From: Chloroflexota bacterium
GTDB taxonomy: Bacteria > Chloroflexota > Dehalococcoidia > SM23-28-2 > RBG-16-64-32
Direction of reading: 5' to 3'
Assembly: GCA_022564695.1 (NCBI GenBank)
Contig: JADFKX010000001.1
Location: 1 to 40,771 of the forward strand
DNA: 40,771 bases
The notes below the pieces were generated by a model. That model saw only the letters and a list, made by a program, of their open reading frames with translations, was not told the origin of the DNA and ran no database searches. Of this stretch, positions 9,157-18,095 are shown one piece after another. Positions within the stretch are counted from its first letter, which is position 1; each line of letters opens with the position of its first letter. A program made the translations under genes and the position numbers.

Positions 9157-10074
9157 CTACCCGCCCTTCTCCTCGGCTGCGAGCGCCTTGAGCGCTTCCG
9201 CCACCGCCTGCCGCTCCTCGTCCTGCGAAGCGCCGCGGGCGCGCGCCTCGTCACGAGTCTTCTTTATGAGGGCGGCCTTCTTCTGGGCCAGCACTATCTT
9301 GGCGGCACGGTCGTCGGCGGGCTTTGCCGGCGCTTCCGCAGGCTTAGGCTCCGCCTTGGCCGCTTCCTCCTCCTCAAACGCCTTGAGAGCGGCCCTAACC
9401 GCCGCCTTCTCCTCGTCCCCGGACAGCCCTCTGCCCCTGGCCTCCTCGCGCGCCTTCTTGATGACCACCGCCTTGTTCTGGGCCAGCGCTATCTTGCGTG
9501 CCCTTTCGTCCATGGGCACGCCGGCTTCCGCCGCCGCCTGCGTCACCGCCTCCTCGGCGGCCTTCAGATAGTCCTCCTGCCACTCCTCGATCTCGGCTAG
9601 AGGATGAGTCTTACGCATGATGAAGTAGCCCAGCCCCTCCTCCGTCAGCAGGGGACGCAGGTCGGGGTGGCCGTCGAACACGAACCCGAACAGCTCGGCC
9701 GCCTCGCGCTCGTGCCAGTTGGCCGTCTGCCACAGGTGGCTGACCGTGGGCATGTGAGCATCGTCGAACGGGCAGCGCACCTTGATCGCCACCGCATGGC
9801 CCAGGCTGTACGAGTAGAGGTGATAGACCACCTCAAGATCGTCAAGGTGGTCAACGCCCGATAGGCTGCGCATGAAGTCGAACGCCAGGCGCTCGTCCTC
9901 CTTTGCGGTCTGCATCACCCTGAGCAGGTCTTCGCGACGAACGGTAATGGCGACATCGAGTGCGGCCTGCTCCGCAATCATCTGGATGCCCGGCAGGGCC
10001 TCACGGAACAGGTCGGCCACAGAGCCCGGGGGCGGCTCAGCGGTGGACGTCTCCTGGCTGCGCTCCTGGGTCAC
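9157..10074 (-). CDS. nuoC: NADH:quinone oxidoreductase subunit C (30-kDa subunit) with a ~140-aa C-terminal extension containing two ~50-aa repeats
   Basis: Residues ~20-160 carry the NuoC core (..WQTANWHEREAAELFGFVFDGHPDLRPLL..). Residues ~165-305 form a Lys/Arg/Glu/Ala-rich extension with an internal duplication. Confidence 0.9.
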   Translation of the reverse strand: MTQERSQETSTAEPPPGSVADLFREALPGIQMIAEQAALDVAITVRREDLLRVMQTAKEDERLAFDFMRSLSGVDHLDDLEVVYHLYSYSLGHAVAIKVRCPFDDAHMPTVSHLWQTANWHEREAAELFGFVFDGHPDLRPLLTEEGLGYFIMRKTHPLAEIEEWQEDYLKAAEEAVTQAAAEAGVPMDERARKIALAQNKAVVIKKAREEARGRGLSGDEEKAAVRAALKAFEEEEAAKAEPKPAEAPAKPADDRAAKIVLAQKKAALIKKTRDEARARGASQDEERQAVAEALKALAAEEKGG

Positions 10075-10076
10075 GC

Positions 10077-10691
10077 TCAGCGCCCGATCTTCCCCCGCTC
10101 CTCCATGATCTTCTTCTGGAGGGCCAGGAAAGCGTCCATCAGCGCCTCAGGCCTAGGCGGACAGCCGGGAACGTAGACGTCCACCGGAACGATCTTGTCC
10201 ACCCCCTGGAGCACGCGGTCGTAGCGGGTGTAGGGTCCGCCGTTAGTGGCGCAGGCGCCCATGGAGATCACCCACTTGGGGTAGGGCATCTGCTCGTACA
10301 GCAGCTTGACCGCCGGCGCCATCTTCTTGGTCACCGTACCGGAGACGATCATCACGTCCGATTGCCTGGGCGATGGAAAAGGGATGATGCCGAAGCGGTC
10401 TAGGTCATGCCGGGCCATGAAGGTGGATATCATCTCGATGGCGCAGCAGGCGAGGCCGAACGTCATCGGCCACAGGGACGACTTTCGCCCCCAGGCGATA
10501 ATCCAGTCCGCGGGGAACTGGAGTATCCCCGGCAGTAGCTGGCGGTACAGCGCTTGCCCCTGGCCCGGGTGGAACTCCGTTGGCGTCAGCTTCTTGATCT
10601 CCCGCCGAATATCGGGGGAGACGGCATCGCTGATCGCCTGCTGGGGGTCGTCCTGTATCTCGTGGATCTCTATGAGCGTCTTGTCAGCCAT
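10077..10691 (-). CDS. nuoB: NADH:quinone oxidoreductase subunit B (20-kDa, N2 cluster)
   Basis: Carries the [18 protein letters not shown] and VPGCPPRPE motifs. 204 aa. Confidence 0.94.
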   Translation of the reverse strand: MADKTLIEIHEIQDDPQQAISDAVSPDIRREIKKLTPTEFHPGQGQALYRQLLPGILQFPADWIIAWGRKSSLWPMTFGLACCAIEMISTFMARHDLDRFGIIPFPSPRQSDVMIVSGTVTKKMAPAVKLLYEQMPYPKWVISMGACATNGGPYTRYDRVLQGVDKIVPVDVYVPGCPPRPEALMDAFLALQKKIMEERGKIGR

Positions 10692-10700
10692 GTTAGCCTC

Positions 10701-11069
10701 CTACCTCCAGCTCAACACACCCTTTTTCCAGGCGTAGAGAAGCCCGAATCCGAGTATCAGCATGAAAAACAGCATCTCGTAGAAGGCGGCCTTACCGATG
10801 TCCAGGAATACGACCGCCCAGGGGAACAGGAACACCGCCTCAATATCGAAGATCAGGAACAGGATCGCGAACAGGTAGTAACGGAAGTGAACCTGGGTAC
10901 GGCTGCGGCCGATGGGCAGCATGCCGCATTCGTAGGTCAGGCTCTTGGCGCGGCTGGCCTGGCGGGGGGCGAGGATGTAGTTGCCCATGAGCGCCCCGCC
11001 GACCAGGAGGATGCCCAGAATCGCGGCGATGAGAACGGCTATGTAGTCGGCGAAGAGGTCCTGAATCAT
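10701..11069 (-). CDS. nuoA: NADH:quinone oxidoreductase subunit A (ND3-like)
   Basis: 122 aa, 3 TM segments, YECG motif. First gene of the operon, downstream of a strong promoter-like site. Confidence 0.9.
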   Translation of the reverse strand: MIQDLFADYIAVLIAAILGILLVGGALMGNYILAPRQASRAKSLTYECGMLPIGRSRTQVHFRYYLFAILFLIFDIEAVFLFPWAVVFLDIGKAAFYEMLFFMLILGFGLLYAWKKGVLSWR

Positions 11070-11125
11070 CGCTGGGGATCGCGACAGAGAGGGAAGCTAG
11101 CCATTTGTTCCATTTGCCACAAGCG

Positions 11126-11154
11126 ATGCTAGCACGGGCTCCAGCTACTGTCAA
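11126..11154 (-). promoter_or_regulatory. Sigma-70-type promoter for the nuo operon
   Basis: On the minus strand: TTGACA (11154-11149), a 17-nt spacer, then TAGCAT (11131-11126), about 55 nt upstream of the nuoA ATG. Confidence 0.6.
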
Positions 11155-11254
11155 TTTAGGAAGCTGTCGCTTGGTTAATGCTTATCGAACCCCGCTCGTG
11201 GTTAGCCTATCGAACCATCCTGCGACAAGCTCAGGATGAGCGGAGCCCGCATCG

Positions 11255-13927
11255 TCACTCCAGCTCCGCCAGCCTCTGACGCAGCCCCTCCAACCGCGCC
11301 CTCGCCGCCGCCAGCTTCTCCTCCTCATTGGCCACCACAGCCGCCGGCGCCTTCTCTCGGAACGCCGCGTTCGCCAGCTTGCCTTCCAGCCGCTTCACCT
11401 CCGCCTCCGCCTCCGCCAACTGCTTGGACATGCGAGCCCGCTCCGCTTCCACGTCGATGAGCCCGGCCAGCGGCAGGATGACCTGGGCCTGCGCCAGGAC
11501 GGCTGAGGCCACTCCGCTCCTGGGCGCCTCTCCCGCGTCCCCGATCAGGTGCAGAGGCCTCACACGCGCCAGCGACTCCAATATCTGCCTCGCCGCCTCC
11601 AGGTCCGGCCTCGGCCCGTCGGCGGCCACGTACGCCTCAACGTAGCGCGAAGCGTCCACCCGCCTTTCGGCGCGGATGTTGCGGATCGCCTTCACCACCT
11701 CCATCACAACCTGCGCCTTCGCCTCAGCCTCGTGGTTCACCCAGACCCGCTCGGCCTTCGGCCAGGAGGCGACGATGAGCGCTTCCTCGTCCGCCCAGCC
11801 AATGCGCTCCCGTAGGTTCTGCCACAGCGCCTCCGTGACAAACGGCATGAACGGATGCAGCAGCCGCAGGCAAGTGTCCAATACGTAGGCGAGAACCGGT
11901 AGGGGCGAGCGGTCGCCGGCCTTGAGGCGAACCTTCGCCATCTCGATGTACCAGTCCGCGTACTCACTCCAGAGGAACTCGTGCAGCCGGTGTCCCGCCT
12001 CGCCGAGCTGGAAGCGGTTGAGGAGCCGGTCCACCTCCGTGACGAGGCGCTGCAGCCGTGACATGACCCAGAGGTCCTCGTTGGGCATCCCGGCCCGCCG
12101 CTTCCGGTCTGGCGCCTGGAGCTGCTCGTCGCCGATGCTCTGGATCACGAAGCGGGAGACGTTCCATATCTTGTTGGCGAAGTTGCGCCCGCCCTCCAGC
12201 CGCTCGTCGGACAGGCGAAAGTCGTTGCCGGGGGCGCCGCCGGTGGCCAGCACGAACCGCAGGGCGTCGCAGCCGTACTTGTCGATCGCCTCAATCGGGT
12301 CCACCACATTACCCAGACTCTTACTCATCTTGCGGCCCTCTTGGTCGCGGATGAGCCCGTGCAGGTAGACGTGGCGGAACGGAACCTCTCCCGTGTTGTA
12401 GAGGCCCGTCATAATCATGCGGGCAACCCAGAAGAAGAGGATATCGTAGCCTGTCTCCAGCACCGATGTAGGGTAGAAGTAGCGCAGCTCATCCGTCTCT
12501 TTAGGCCAGCCCAACGTCGAGTGCGGCCACAGCGCCGACGAAAACCAGGTGTCCAGGACGTCGGCGTCCTGCTCCAGCTTGCCGGAGCCGCACTTCTCGC
12601 AGGCGCTGGGGTCGTCTACGGCCACGGTAAGCTCGCCGCAGTCACCGCAGTACCAGACCGGGATGCGATGCCCCCACCAGAGCTGCCGCGAGATGCACCA
12701 GTCGCGGATATTCTCCATCCAGTTCATGTACACCCGCGCGAAGCGGCGGGGGATGATCTCGATTCGTCCGTCCTTCACCGCCTCGATGGCGGGCCCGGCC
12801 AGCGGCTCCATGCGCACGAACCACTGCTCGCTGACAACCGGCTCCACAACGGTGTCGCAGCGGTCGCAGCGGCCAATCGAGTGCTGATGCTGCTCCGTCT
12901 TCTCCAGAAGCCCCAGCCGCTCCAGGTCAGCGACAATGACGTCCCGACACTGGAACCTGTCCATCCCCTTGTAGGGCCCGGCCTCCTCGTTCATCGTCCC
13001 GTCCGGGCCCACGGCGACGATGGCGGGCAGGCCGTGCCGCTCCCCGATCTCGAGGTCGACGATGTCGTGACCGGGGGTGATCTTGAGCGCGCCGGTCCCG
13101 AACTTCGGGTCCACCGCGTCGTCGGCGATGATCGGAATCTGCCGCTCGATAATGGGAAGCAGCGCCTTGCGGCCGACGATCTTCTGCCAGCGCTCCGCCT
13201 TGGGGCTCACCGCCACCGCCACATCGGCCACGATCGTCTCCGGCCGCGTGGTAGCGATGACAATATACTCGTCCGTCAGGTTGCCGGAGTCGTCCAGCAG
13301 AGGATAGCGGACGTACCAGAGCTTGGCGGACTGCTCCCTGTGCTCCACCTCCAGATCGGACAGCGCCGTCTGGCAGCGGGGGCACCAGTTGATCATGCGC
13401 TCGCCGCGGTATATGAGGCCGTCCCGATACAGCTTCAGGAAAGTGGTGCGCACCGCCAGTTGCGGCCCCTCATCCATCGTGAACACCTCTCGCTCCCAGT
13501 CACAGGAAACGCCCAGACGCATGTGCTGGCGGCTGATCACGCTGCGGTATTTAGCCACCCACTGCCACACGCGCTCCACGAACTGCTCGCGGCCGAGATC
13601 GTGGCGGCTCACGCCTTCCTTGGCCAGCTCCCGCTCCACCACGTTCTGAGTGGCGATGCCGGCGTGATCGACGCCCGGGAGCCAGAGGGTGGAATCGCCT
13701 CGCATGCGATGCCAGCGGATAAGGGCGTCCTCCACGGTAGCCGTTAAAGCGTGCCCTAGGTGCAGCTCCCCAGTCACGTTGGGCGGCGGCATGATAATGC
13801 AGAACGGCTGCTTATCGGGCTCTATCCTGGACGCGAAGTAACCCCCGTCCAGCCAGAACTGGTACAGGCGGCCCTCCACCTTGGAGGGATCATACGCTTT
13901 GGGGATCTCTTCACCGTCCCTAGCCAC
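11255..13927 (-). CDS. valS: Valine--tRNA ligase
   Basis: Class I aaRS with HIGH (PNVTGELHLGHA) and KMSKS (KMSKSLGN) motifs, a long editing domain and a C-terminal coiled coil. I prefer GTG at 13927 (AGGAGG 9 nt upstream; the N-terminus then reads ARDGEEIPKAYDP) over the track's TTG at 13948. Confidence 0.93.
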   Translation of the reverse strand: MARDGEEIPKAYDPSKVEGRLYQFWLDGGYFASRIEPDKQPFCIIMPPPNVTGELHLGHALTATVEDALIRWHRMRGDSTLWLPGVDHAGIATQNVVERELAKEGVSRHDLGREQFVERVWQWVAKYRSVISRQHMRLGVSCDWEREVFTMDEGPQLAVRTTFLKLYRDGLIYRGERMINWCPRCQTALSDLEVEHREQSAKLWYVRYPLLDDSGNLTDEYIVIATTRPETIVADVAVAVSPKAERWQKIVGRKALLPIIERQIPIIADDAVDPKFGTGALKITPGHDIVDLEIGERHGLPAIVAVGPDGTMNEEAGPYKGMDRFQCRDVIVADLERLGLLEKTEQHQHSIGRCDRCDTVVEPVVSEQWFVRMEPLAGPAIEAVKDGRIEIIPRRFARVYMNWMENIRDWCISRQLWWGHRIPVWYCGDCGELTVAVDDPSACEKCGSGKLEQDADVLDTWFSSALWPHSTLGWPKETDELRYFYPTSVLETGYDILFFWVARMIMTGLYNTGEVPFRHVYLHGLIRDQEGRKMSKSLGNVVDPIEAIDKYGCDALRFVLATGGAPGNDFRLSDERLEGGRNFANKIWNVSRFVIQSIGDEQLQAPDRKRRAGMPNEDLWVMSRLQRLVTEVDRLLNRFQLGEAGHRLHEFLWSEYADWYIEMAKVRLKAGDRSPLPVLAYVLDTCLRLLHPFMPFVTEALWQNLRERIGWADEEALIVASWPKAERVWVNHEAEAKAQVVMEVVKAIRNIRAERRVDASRYVEAYVAADGPRPDLEAARQILESLARVRPLHLIGDAGEAPRSGVASAVLAQAQVILPLAGLIDVEAERARMSKQLAEAEAEVKRLEGKLANAAFREKAPAAVVANEEEKLAAARARLEGLRQRLAELE

Positions 13928-13946
13928 CCAACTACGCCTCCTACGC

Positions 13947-13973
13947 AAGGAATCCGCCGGAGGCGGATTCCTT
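13947..13973 (-). other. Perfect 12-bp stem / 3-nt loop hairpin between the ABC operon and valS
   Basis: AAGGAATCCGCC-GGA-GGCGGATTCCTT. It sits just downstream of the predicted valS -10 box and just upstream of the valS SD. No U-tract follows it. Confidence 0.5.
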
Positions 13974-13981
13974 CAGGGCGC

Positions 13982-14011
13982 ATTCTACCGCCGCCCGCTA
14001 GGAGCGGTCAA
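13982..14011 (-). promoter_or_regulatory. Sigma-70-type promoter for valS
   Basis: On the minus strand: TTGACC (14011-14006), an 18-nt spacer, then TAGAAT (13987-13982). Confidence 0.5.
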
Positions 14012-14061
14012 CGAAGGGGCTCTGGCGCCGGCTGCGCGAACCTGGCAGGGAGATCGTCTGA

Positions 14062-15057
14062 TTAGCGGGAGCCGCGCAAGCGCGGGTCCAGTATGTCACG
14101 CAGGGCGTCGCCAAGCATGTTGAAGCCGTACACCGCAACGAAGATAGCCAGCCCGGGGATCAGCATCAGGTATTCGTGGCCTACGCCGTAGTGGCGGCCC
14201 TCGTCCGCCAGCATGCGGCCCCAGGTGGGGAACGGGGCCTGGATGCCGAAGCCCAGGAAGCTGATAGTCGCCTCCGCCAGGACGGCGATGCCCAGGTTCA
14301 GCGTCGCCAGGATGATGACCACGGGCAGGATGTTGGGGAGCACGTACCGCAGCATGATGCGCGTGTCCGTCGCCCCCAGAGCCCGCGCCGCCTCTATGTA
14401 GACGTTCTCCCTGATGGACAGCACGGCGCCGCGGATGACTCGCGAGCCGTAGCCCGCGAAGATGATGCCCAGAGAGAAGATCACCACAGTGCTGCGGAAG
14501 AACGTATACCAGATCCAGTCGCCGTCCCTGGGTTGCAGCCCCACGTCCGGCCCGCGGCCGATGCCCAGGAAGCCGGTGCCGCCGGTGCCCAGGACGGCAA
14601 CGAACGTCAGGAGAAGAAAGATCGCCGGCAGCGCCACCCATACATCCACCACCCGCTGCGCGACCATGTCCACCCAGCCGCCCAAATAGCCGCTCACACC
14701 CCCGATAACCAGGGAGATGACGGCGGCCAGGATGACCGTCCCCAACCCCACCAGGACTGTGACCTGGGTACCAAGGACTACGCGGCTGAAGAAGTCCCGC
14801 CCCAGGTGGTCCGTCCCGAACCAGTAGGTGCTGTTGGGGTCGGTCAACGAGTCGGCAAAGTGCGGCTCGTCATAGGGGAAGCGGACGATCCAGGGGGCGA
14901 ACACGGCGACGACTACGGTCAGTATCAGGATCAACGCCCCGAACGCGCCCAGGGGCTTGCGCCGGATAAAGGTACCGATAGCCGCCAGCAACTGCCACCA
15001 TAGGGGCGACGGCGCCCCTTCCAGCGGGATGGCGAGAACTTCTTCACGCGTTGCCAT
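14062..15057 (-). CDS. ABC transporter permease, peptide/nickel (DppC/OppC-like) family
   Basis: 331-aa polytopic protein with an EAA-loop region (IEAARALGATDTRIMLRYVLPN) and a C-terminal ..DALRDILDPRLR typical of this family. Confidence 0.9.
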   Translation of the reverse strand: MATREEVLAIPLEGAPSPLWWQLLAAIGTFIRRKPLGAFGALILILTVVVAVFAPWIVRFPYDEPHFADSLTDPNSTYWFGTDHLGRDFFSRVVLGTQVTVLVGLGTVILAAVISLVIGGVSGYLGGWVDMVAQRVVDVWVALPAIFLLLTFVAVLGTGGTGFLGIGRGPDVGLQPRDGDWIWYTFFRSTVVIFSLGIIFAGYGSRVIRGAVLSIRENVYIEAARALGATDTRIMLRYVLPNILPVVIILATLNLGIAVLAEATISFLGFGIQAPFPTWGRMLADEGRHYGVGHEYLMLIPGLAIFVAVYGFNMLGDALRDILDPRLRGSR

Positions 15058-15069
15058 GGCTAGACCAAT

Positions 15070-16050
15070 CTAAGCGTAGCGGATCCGCGGGTCCAGGAAC
15101 GAGTAGGCGATATCCACCACGAAGTTCGTCACGACGATCAGGGAGGCGATGAGCAGGTTAATCGCCAGCACCGCCAGATACTCTCGCTGGAAGAGCCCAT
15201 CAAGCAGCATCCGCCCAACGCCCGGCAGTCCGAAGATGCTCTCCAGAACAACGGAGCCGCTGATAAGAATGGGAATCTGCACACCAATGAGGCTGAGCAC
15301 CGGAATGAAGGCGTTCTTGACGGCATGCCGCATTATCACCGTTCGCTCGCGGAGGCCCTTGGACCAGGCCGTCCTGATGTAGTCCTGGCGAAGCACCTCC
15401 AGCATCTGCCCGCGGGTGAGCCGCATCACGCCTCCCGCCAGAGCGAAGGCCAGTATGGTCGCCGGCGCCCACATCTGCTTCAAGTTGCCACCTAAGTTCT
15501 CCCACGGATCCTGGTAGATTAACGGCGGTAACAGCCAGTCCGCCCACCGCCCCACCAGCACGAAGAACATTACGCCCAGCCAGAAACCGGGCACGGCCAG
15601 CATGAAGATCGCCAAGCTGCGGAAAACATAATCGATCGGCGTGTCCTGCCGGATGGCGGATAGGACACCGATCGGTATAGCGATGATGAGCGATAGCACC
15701 AGCGCCATCCCTGCCAGCTGCAGGGTGACCGGCGCCCTCACCTCTAGCTCATGACCCACCGGCTTGCCGCCGCGGAAATAATCGCCGAAGTCGCCCCGGA
15801 CGACGCCGCCCATCCACTCCCACCACTGGGGTAAGAACCCAAGTTCACTTAGGCCGAACAGCTCTTTGTCCAACCCCAGGTCTGCCTCTATCTTCTCTTT
15901 GGTCAGGTTGGCGTTGAACCCGCCCGATTCGGCGAGAATGATGTCAGCCGAGTTCCCCGGCAGCAGCTGGAGCAGGCCGCTGATGAGCAGGCTCACGCCC
16001 AGTATCGTGGGTACGATGAGCAGCGCCCGCCGAAAGATATACTGACGCAT
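15070..16050 (-). CDS. ABC transporter permease, peptide/nickel (DppB/OppB-like) family
   Basis: 326 aa. N-terminal MRQYIFRRALLIVPTILGVS and central YIRTAWSKGLRERTVIMRHAVKNA motifs; ends ..FLDPRIRYA. Confidence 0.9.
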   Translation of the reverse strand: MRQYIFRRALLIVPTILGVSLLISGLLQLLPGNSADIILAESGGFNANLTKEKIEADLGLDKELFGLSELGFLPQWWEWMGGVVRGDFGDYFRGGKPVGHELEVRAPVTLQLAGMALVLSLIIAIPIGVLSAIRQDTPIDYVFRSLAIFMLAVPGFWLGVMFFVLVGRWADWLLPPLIYQDPWENLGGNLKQMWAPATILAFALAGGVMRLTRGQMLEVLRQDYIRTAWSKGLRERTVIMRHAVKNAFIPVLSLIGVQIPILISGSVVLESIFGLPGVGRMLLDGLFQREYLAVLAINLLIASLIVVTNFVVDIAYSFLDPRIRYA

Positions 16051-16092
16051 AGAAGGAGCCCTAAGCCACCTCCCCTCCTCCCGGTTTGCTCC

Positions 16093-17925
16093 TTACGCCT
16101 TGTCCAGCCAGAGGTTGACGGCGGTCTCTAGTCCGTAACCGTAGCCTCGGATAAGCTGGATGTTCTTGACCCAGGGCTGGAAGATGTAAGCGACAGATTC
16201 TCCCGTCCAGGGGATCAGGTACATGCTCTCCGCCATCATCCGCTGTACGTCCCGCACCAGCTCCACCCGCGTATCGAAGTCCGTCTCCGCCGCCTGCTGG
16301 CTCCACAGAGCCAGCAGCGCGCCGTCGCCCGCAGGCGAGCCATCGCCTTCGATCGGCAGCTGATCCGCAGGAACAGGATCCGAGCCCTCCACGTCGGCGG
16401 TTCGCCCCCAGTTGTGGCGGGCGCTGCCCGGGTGGAAGATGGTAGAGAAGATGTTGTGGGGGTCCATGGGGCTGCCCATAAGCGGTGCCAAGCCCAGCTC
16501 GTTATCTCCCATTACACCGTAGAAGCTGGTGCTGATGTAACCCCCGTACTCCTGGAGGTTAAGCTCCATGCGGAATCCGGCCTCGGCGGCGCTTGCGGCG
16601 AACGCCTCCATCTGGGCGCCGAAGCCAGGGCCGTAGGCGCTGGAGGAGGAGGCTGTCAGGTCCACGCCGTTGGGGAAGCCGGCCTCCGCCAGCAAGGCTT
16701 TGGCCCCCTCCACGTCGCGCTGATAGTACTTGGCGTTGTCACCAAAGGTGGCCGCGTCGTTGATCGGGTCCACGTAGAAGTCAGCGTACTGGACAACGTG
16801 GGTTAGCCCGCCGCCCGCTGCTCCCGGCTGGTCCAGGGCACCCAAAATTCCCTTGCGATCAATGGCCATCGAGAGCGCCTGCCGCACCCTCTTGTCGTTG
16901 AACGGTGGGCGGCCGAAGTTGAAGAAGGCACCACCCCAAACCTGCTCGGGGCCCGTGAAGAACTGGGCATCCGGCATCTCGCTCAGACCCCGGTCCCATA
17001 GCTCGGCCGACCATAGACTCGCGTCCAGGTTACCCGCCGCTAGGTTCTGCAGGATCGTCTCCGGATCGCCGACAAGGGAGTTTTCGATGACGTCGATGTA
17101 GGGCTTGGGTGCGTCGTAGTAGTTGGGGTTCTTCCGCCAGCGCATCACGACGTCCGGCTCCCAGCTGTCAAATATCCACGGGCCAGAGCCGATGGGCTTA
17201 GTGTTGGACAGCTCCTCACTGTCGATCACTTCCGAGGGGATGATCCAGGGCCCGCCGTCGTTGTTACCGAACAGAACCTGGAAGGCGGGGCCGAAGGGCT
17301 GCCTGAGGGTGATCTTCAGCGTCTTGTCGCCCGTGACCTCCACGCTCTCCACGGCGGTCAGCCAGTTACCCCGGTTAGGCGACTCTGTAGCAAAAAGGTC
17401 GAAAGCCAGCTTCACATCCTCGGCGGTTACCGGCCGGCCGTTGACCGGCGGCACGTCGTGGAAGTTCAGGTTATCGCGAATCTTAAAGTTGAATACCGTA
17501 CCCGTGTCGTCTATCTCAGGCAGGCTCTCCGCCGCGTCGCCCTCTACGTTGCTGAAGTCAACGGGAATGCTGGGCACGCCGTTCACTTCCCCCGGCGTGG
17601 GCGGGATATTCTTAATGAGCCGGCTGTAGTGGTAGGCGGCAGGAATCTGGGCCAGGTAAGTCAACTGCCTCTGGGAGTCGAGAGTGGGCGGGTTGATCGT
17701 TGAGAGGCCCACCAGCGTCCCCTTAAGCGTGCCGCCCATCTTCGGCCCGGCATCGGTAGGTGACCCCGCCGGAGTAGCCGTGGCCCCCGAATCTCCGTCA
17801 TCGCCGCAGCCAACGACTCCCGCGACCGCCAATCCGGCAGCGCTGATGCCTGTCGCCTGCAACAAGCGCCGGCGGCTCAGCCGTCTCCTCCAGAACCGAG
17901 TCCAGTAACGGCTTTCAGGAGCCAT
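16093..17925 (-). CDS. ABC transporter substrate-binding lipoprotein (family 5, peptide/nickel type) with Tat signal
   Basis: 610 aa. Has a twin-arginine motif (SRRRLLQATG) followed by a lipobox-like VVGC. GAGAGGAGGAG SD precedes the ATG. Upstream of two cognate permeases. Confidence 0.88.
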   Translation of the reverse strand: MAPESRYWTRFWRRRLSRRRLLQATGISAAGLAVAGVVGCGDDGDSGATATPAGSPTDAGPKMGGTLKGTLVGLSTINPPTLDSQRQLTYLAQIPAAYHYSRLIKNIPPTPGEVNGVPSIPVDFSNVEGDAAESLPEIDDTGTVFNFKIRDNLNFHDVPPVNGRPVTAEDVKLAFDLFATESPNRGNWLTAVESVEVTGDKTLKITLRQPFGPAFQVLFGNNDGGPWIIPSEVIDSEELSNTKPIGSGPWIFDSWEPDVVMRWRKNPNYYDAPKPYIDVIENSLVGDPETILQNLAAGNLDASLWSAELWDRGLSEMPDAQFFTGPEQVWGGAFFNFGRPPFNDKRVRQALSMAIDRKGILGALDQPGAAGGGLTHVVQYADFYVDPINDAATFGDNAKYYQRDVEGAKALLAEAGFPNGVDLTASSSSAYGPGFGAQMEAFAASAAEAGFRMELNLQEYGGYISTSFYGVMGDNELGLAPLMGSPMDPHNIFSTIFHPGSARHNWGRTADVEGSDPVPADQLPIEGDGSPAGDGALLALWSQQAAETDFDTRVELVRDVQRMMAESMYLIPWTGESVAYIFQPWVKNIQLIRGYGYGLETAVNLWLDKA

Positions 17926-18014
17926 GGTCTCCTCCTCTCAGGACGATAACCGTTCGGCCTTCGTCTCCAAGGACGCCTGTGGAGGCAACTGTGTTACCCG
18001 CCAACTTGATACTT

Positions 18015-18043
18015 TTTATAGGTGCATACTCACTCAGTGTCAA
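18015..18043 (-). promoter_or_regulatory. Sigma-70-type promoter for the ABC importer operon
   Basis: On the minus strand: TTGACA (18043-18038), a 17-nt spacer, then TATAAA (18020-18015), about 90 nt upstream of the binding-protein ATG. Confidence 0.6.
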
Positions 18044-18095
18044 GACCATGACAACCCATAACTGACGTTAATTTTTCGCGGATTGCGCTTCAATG

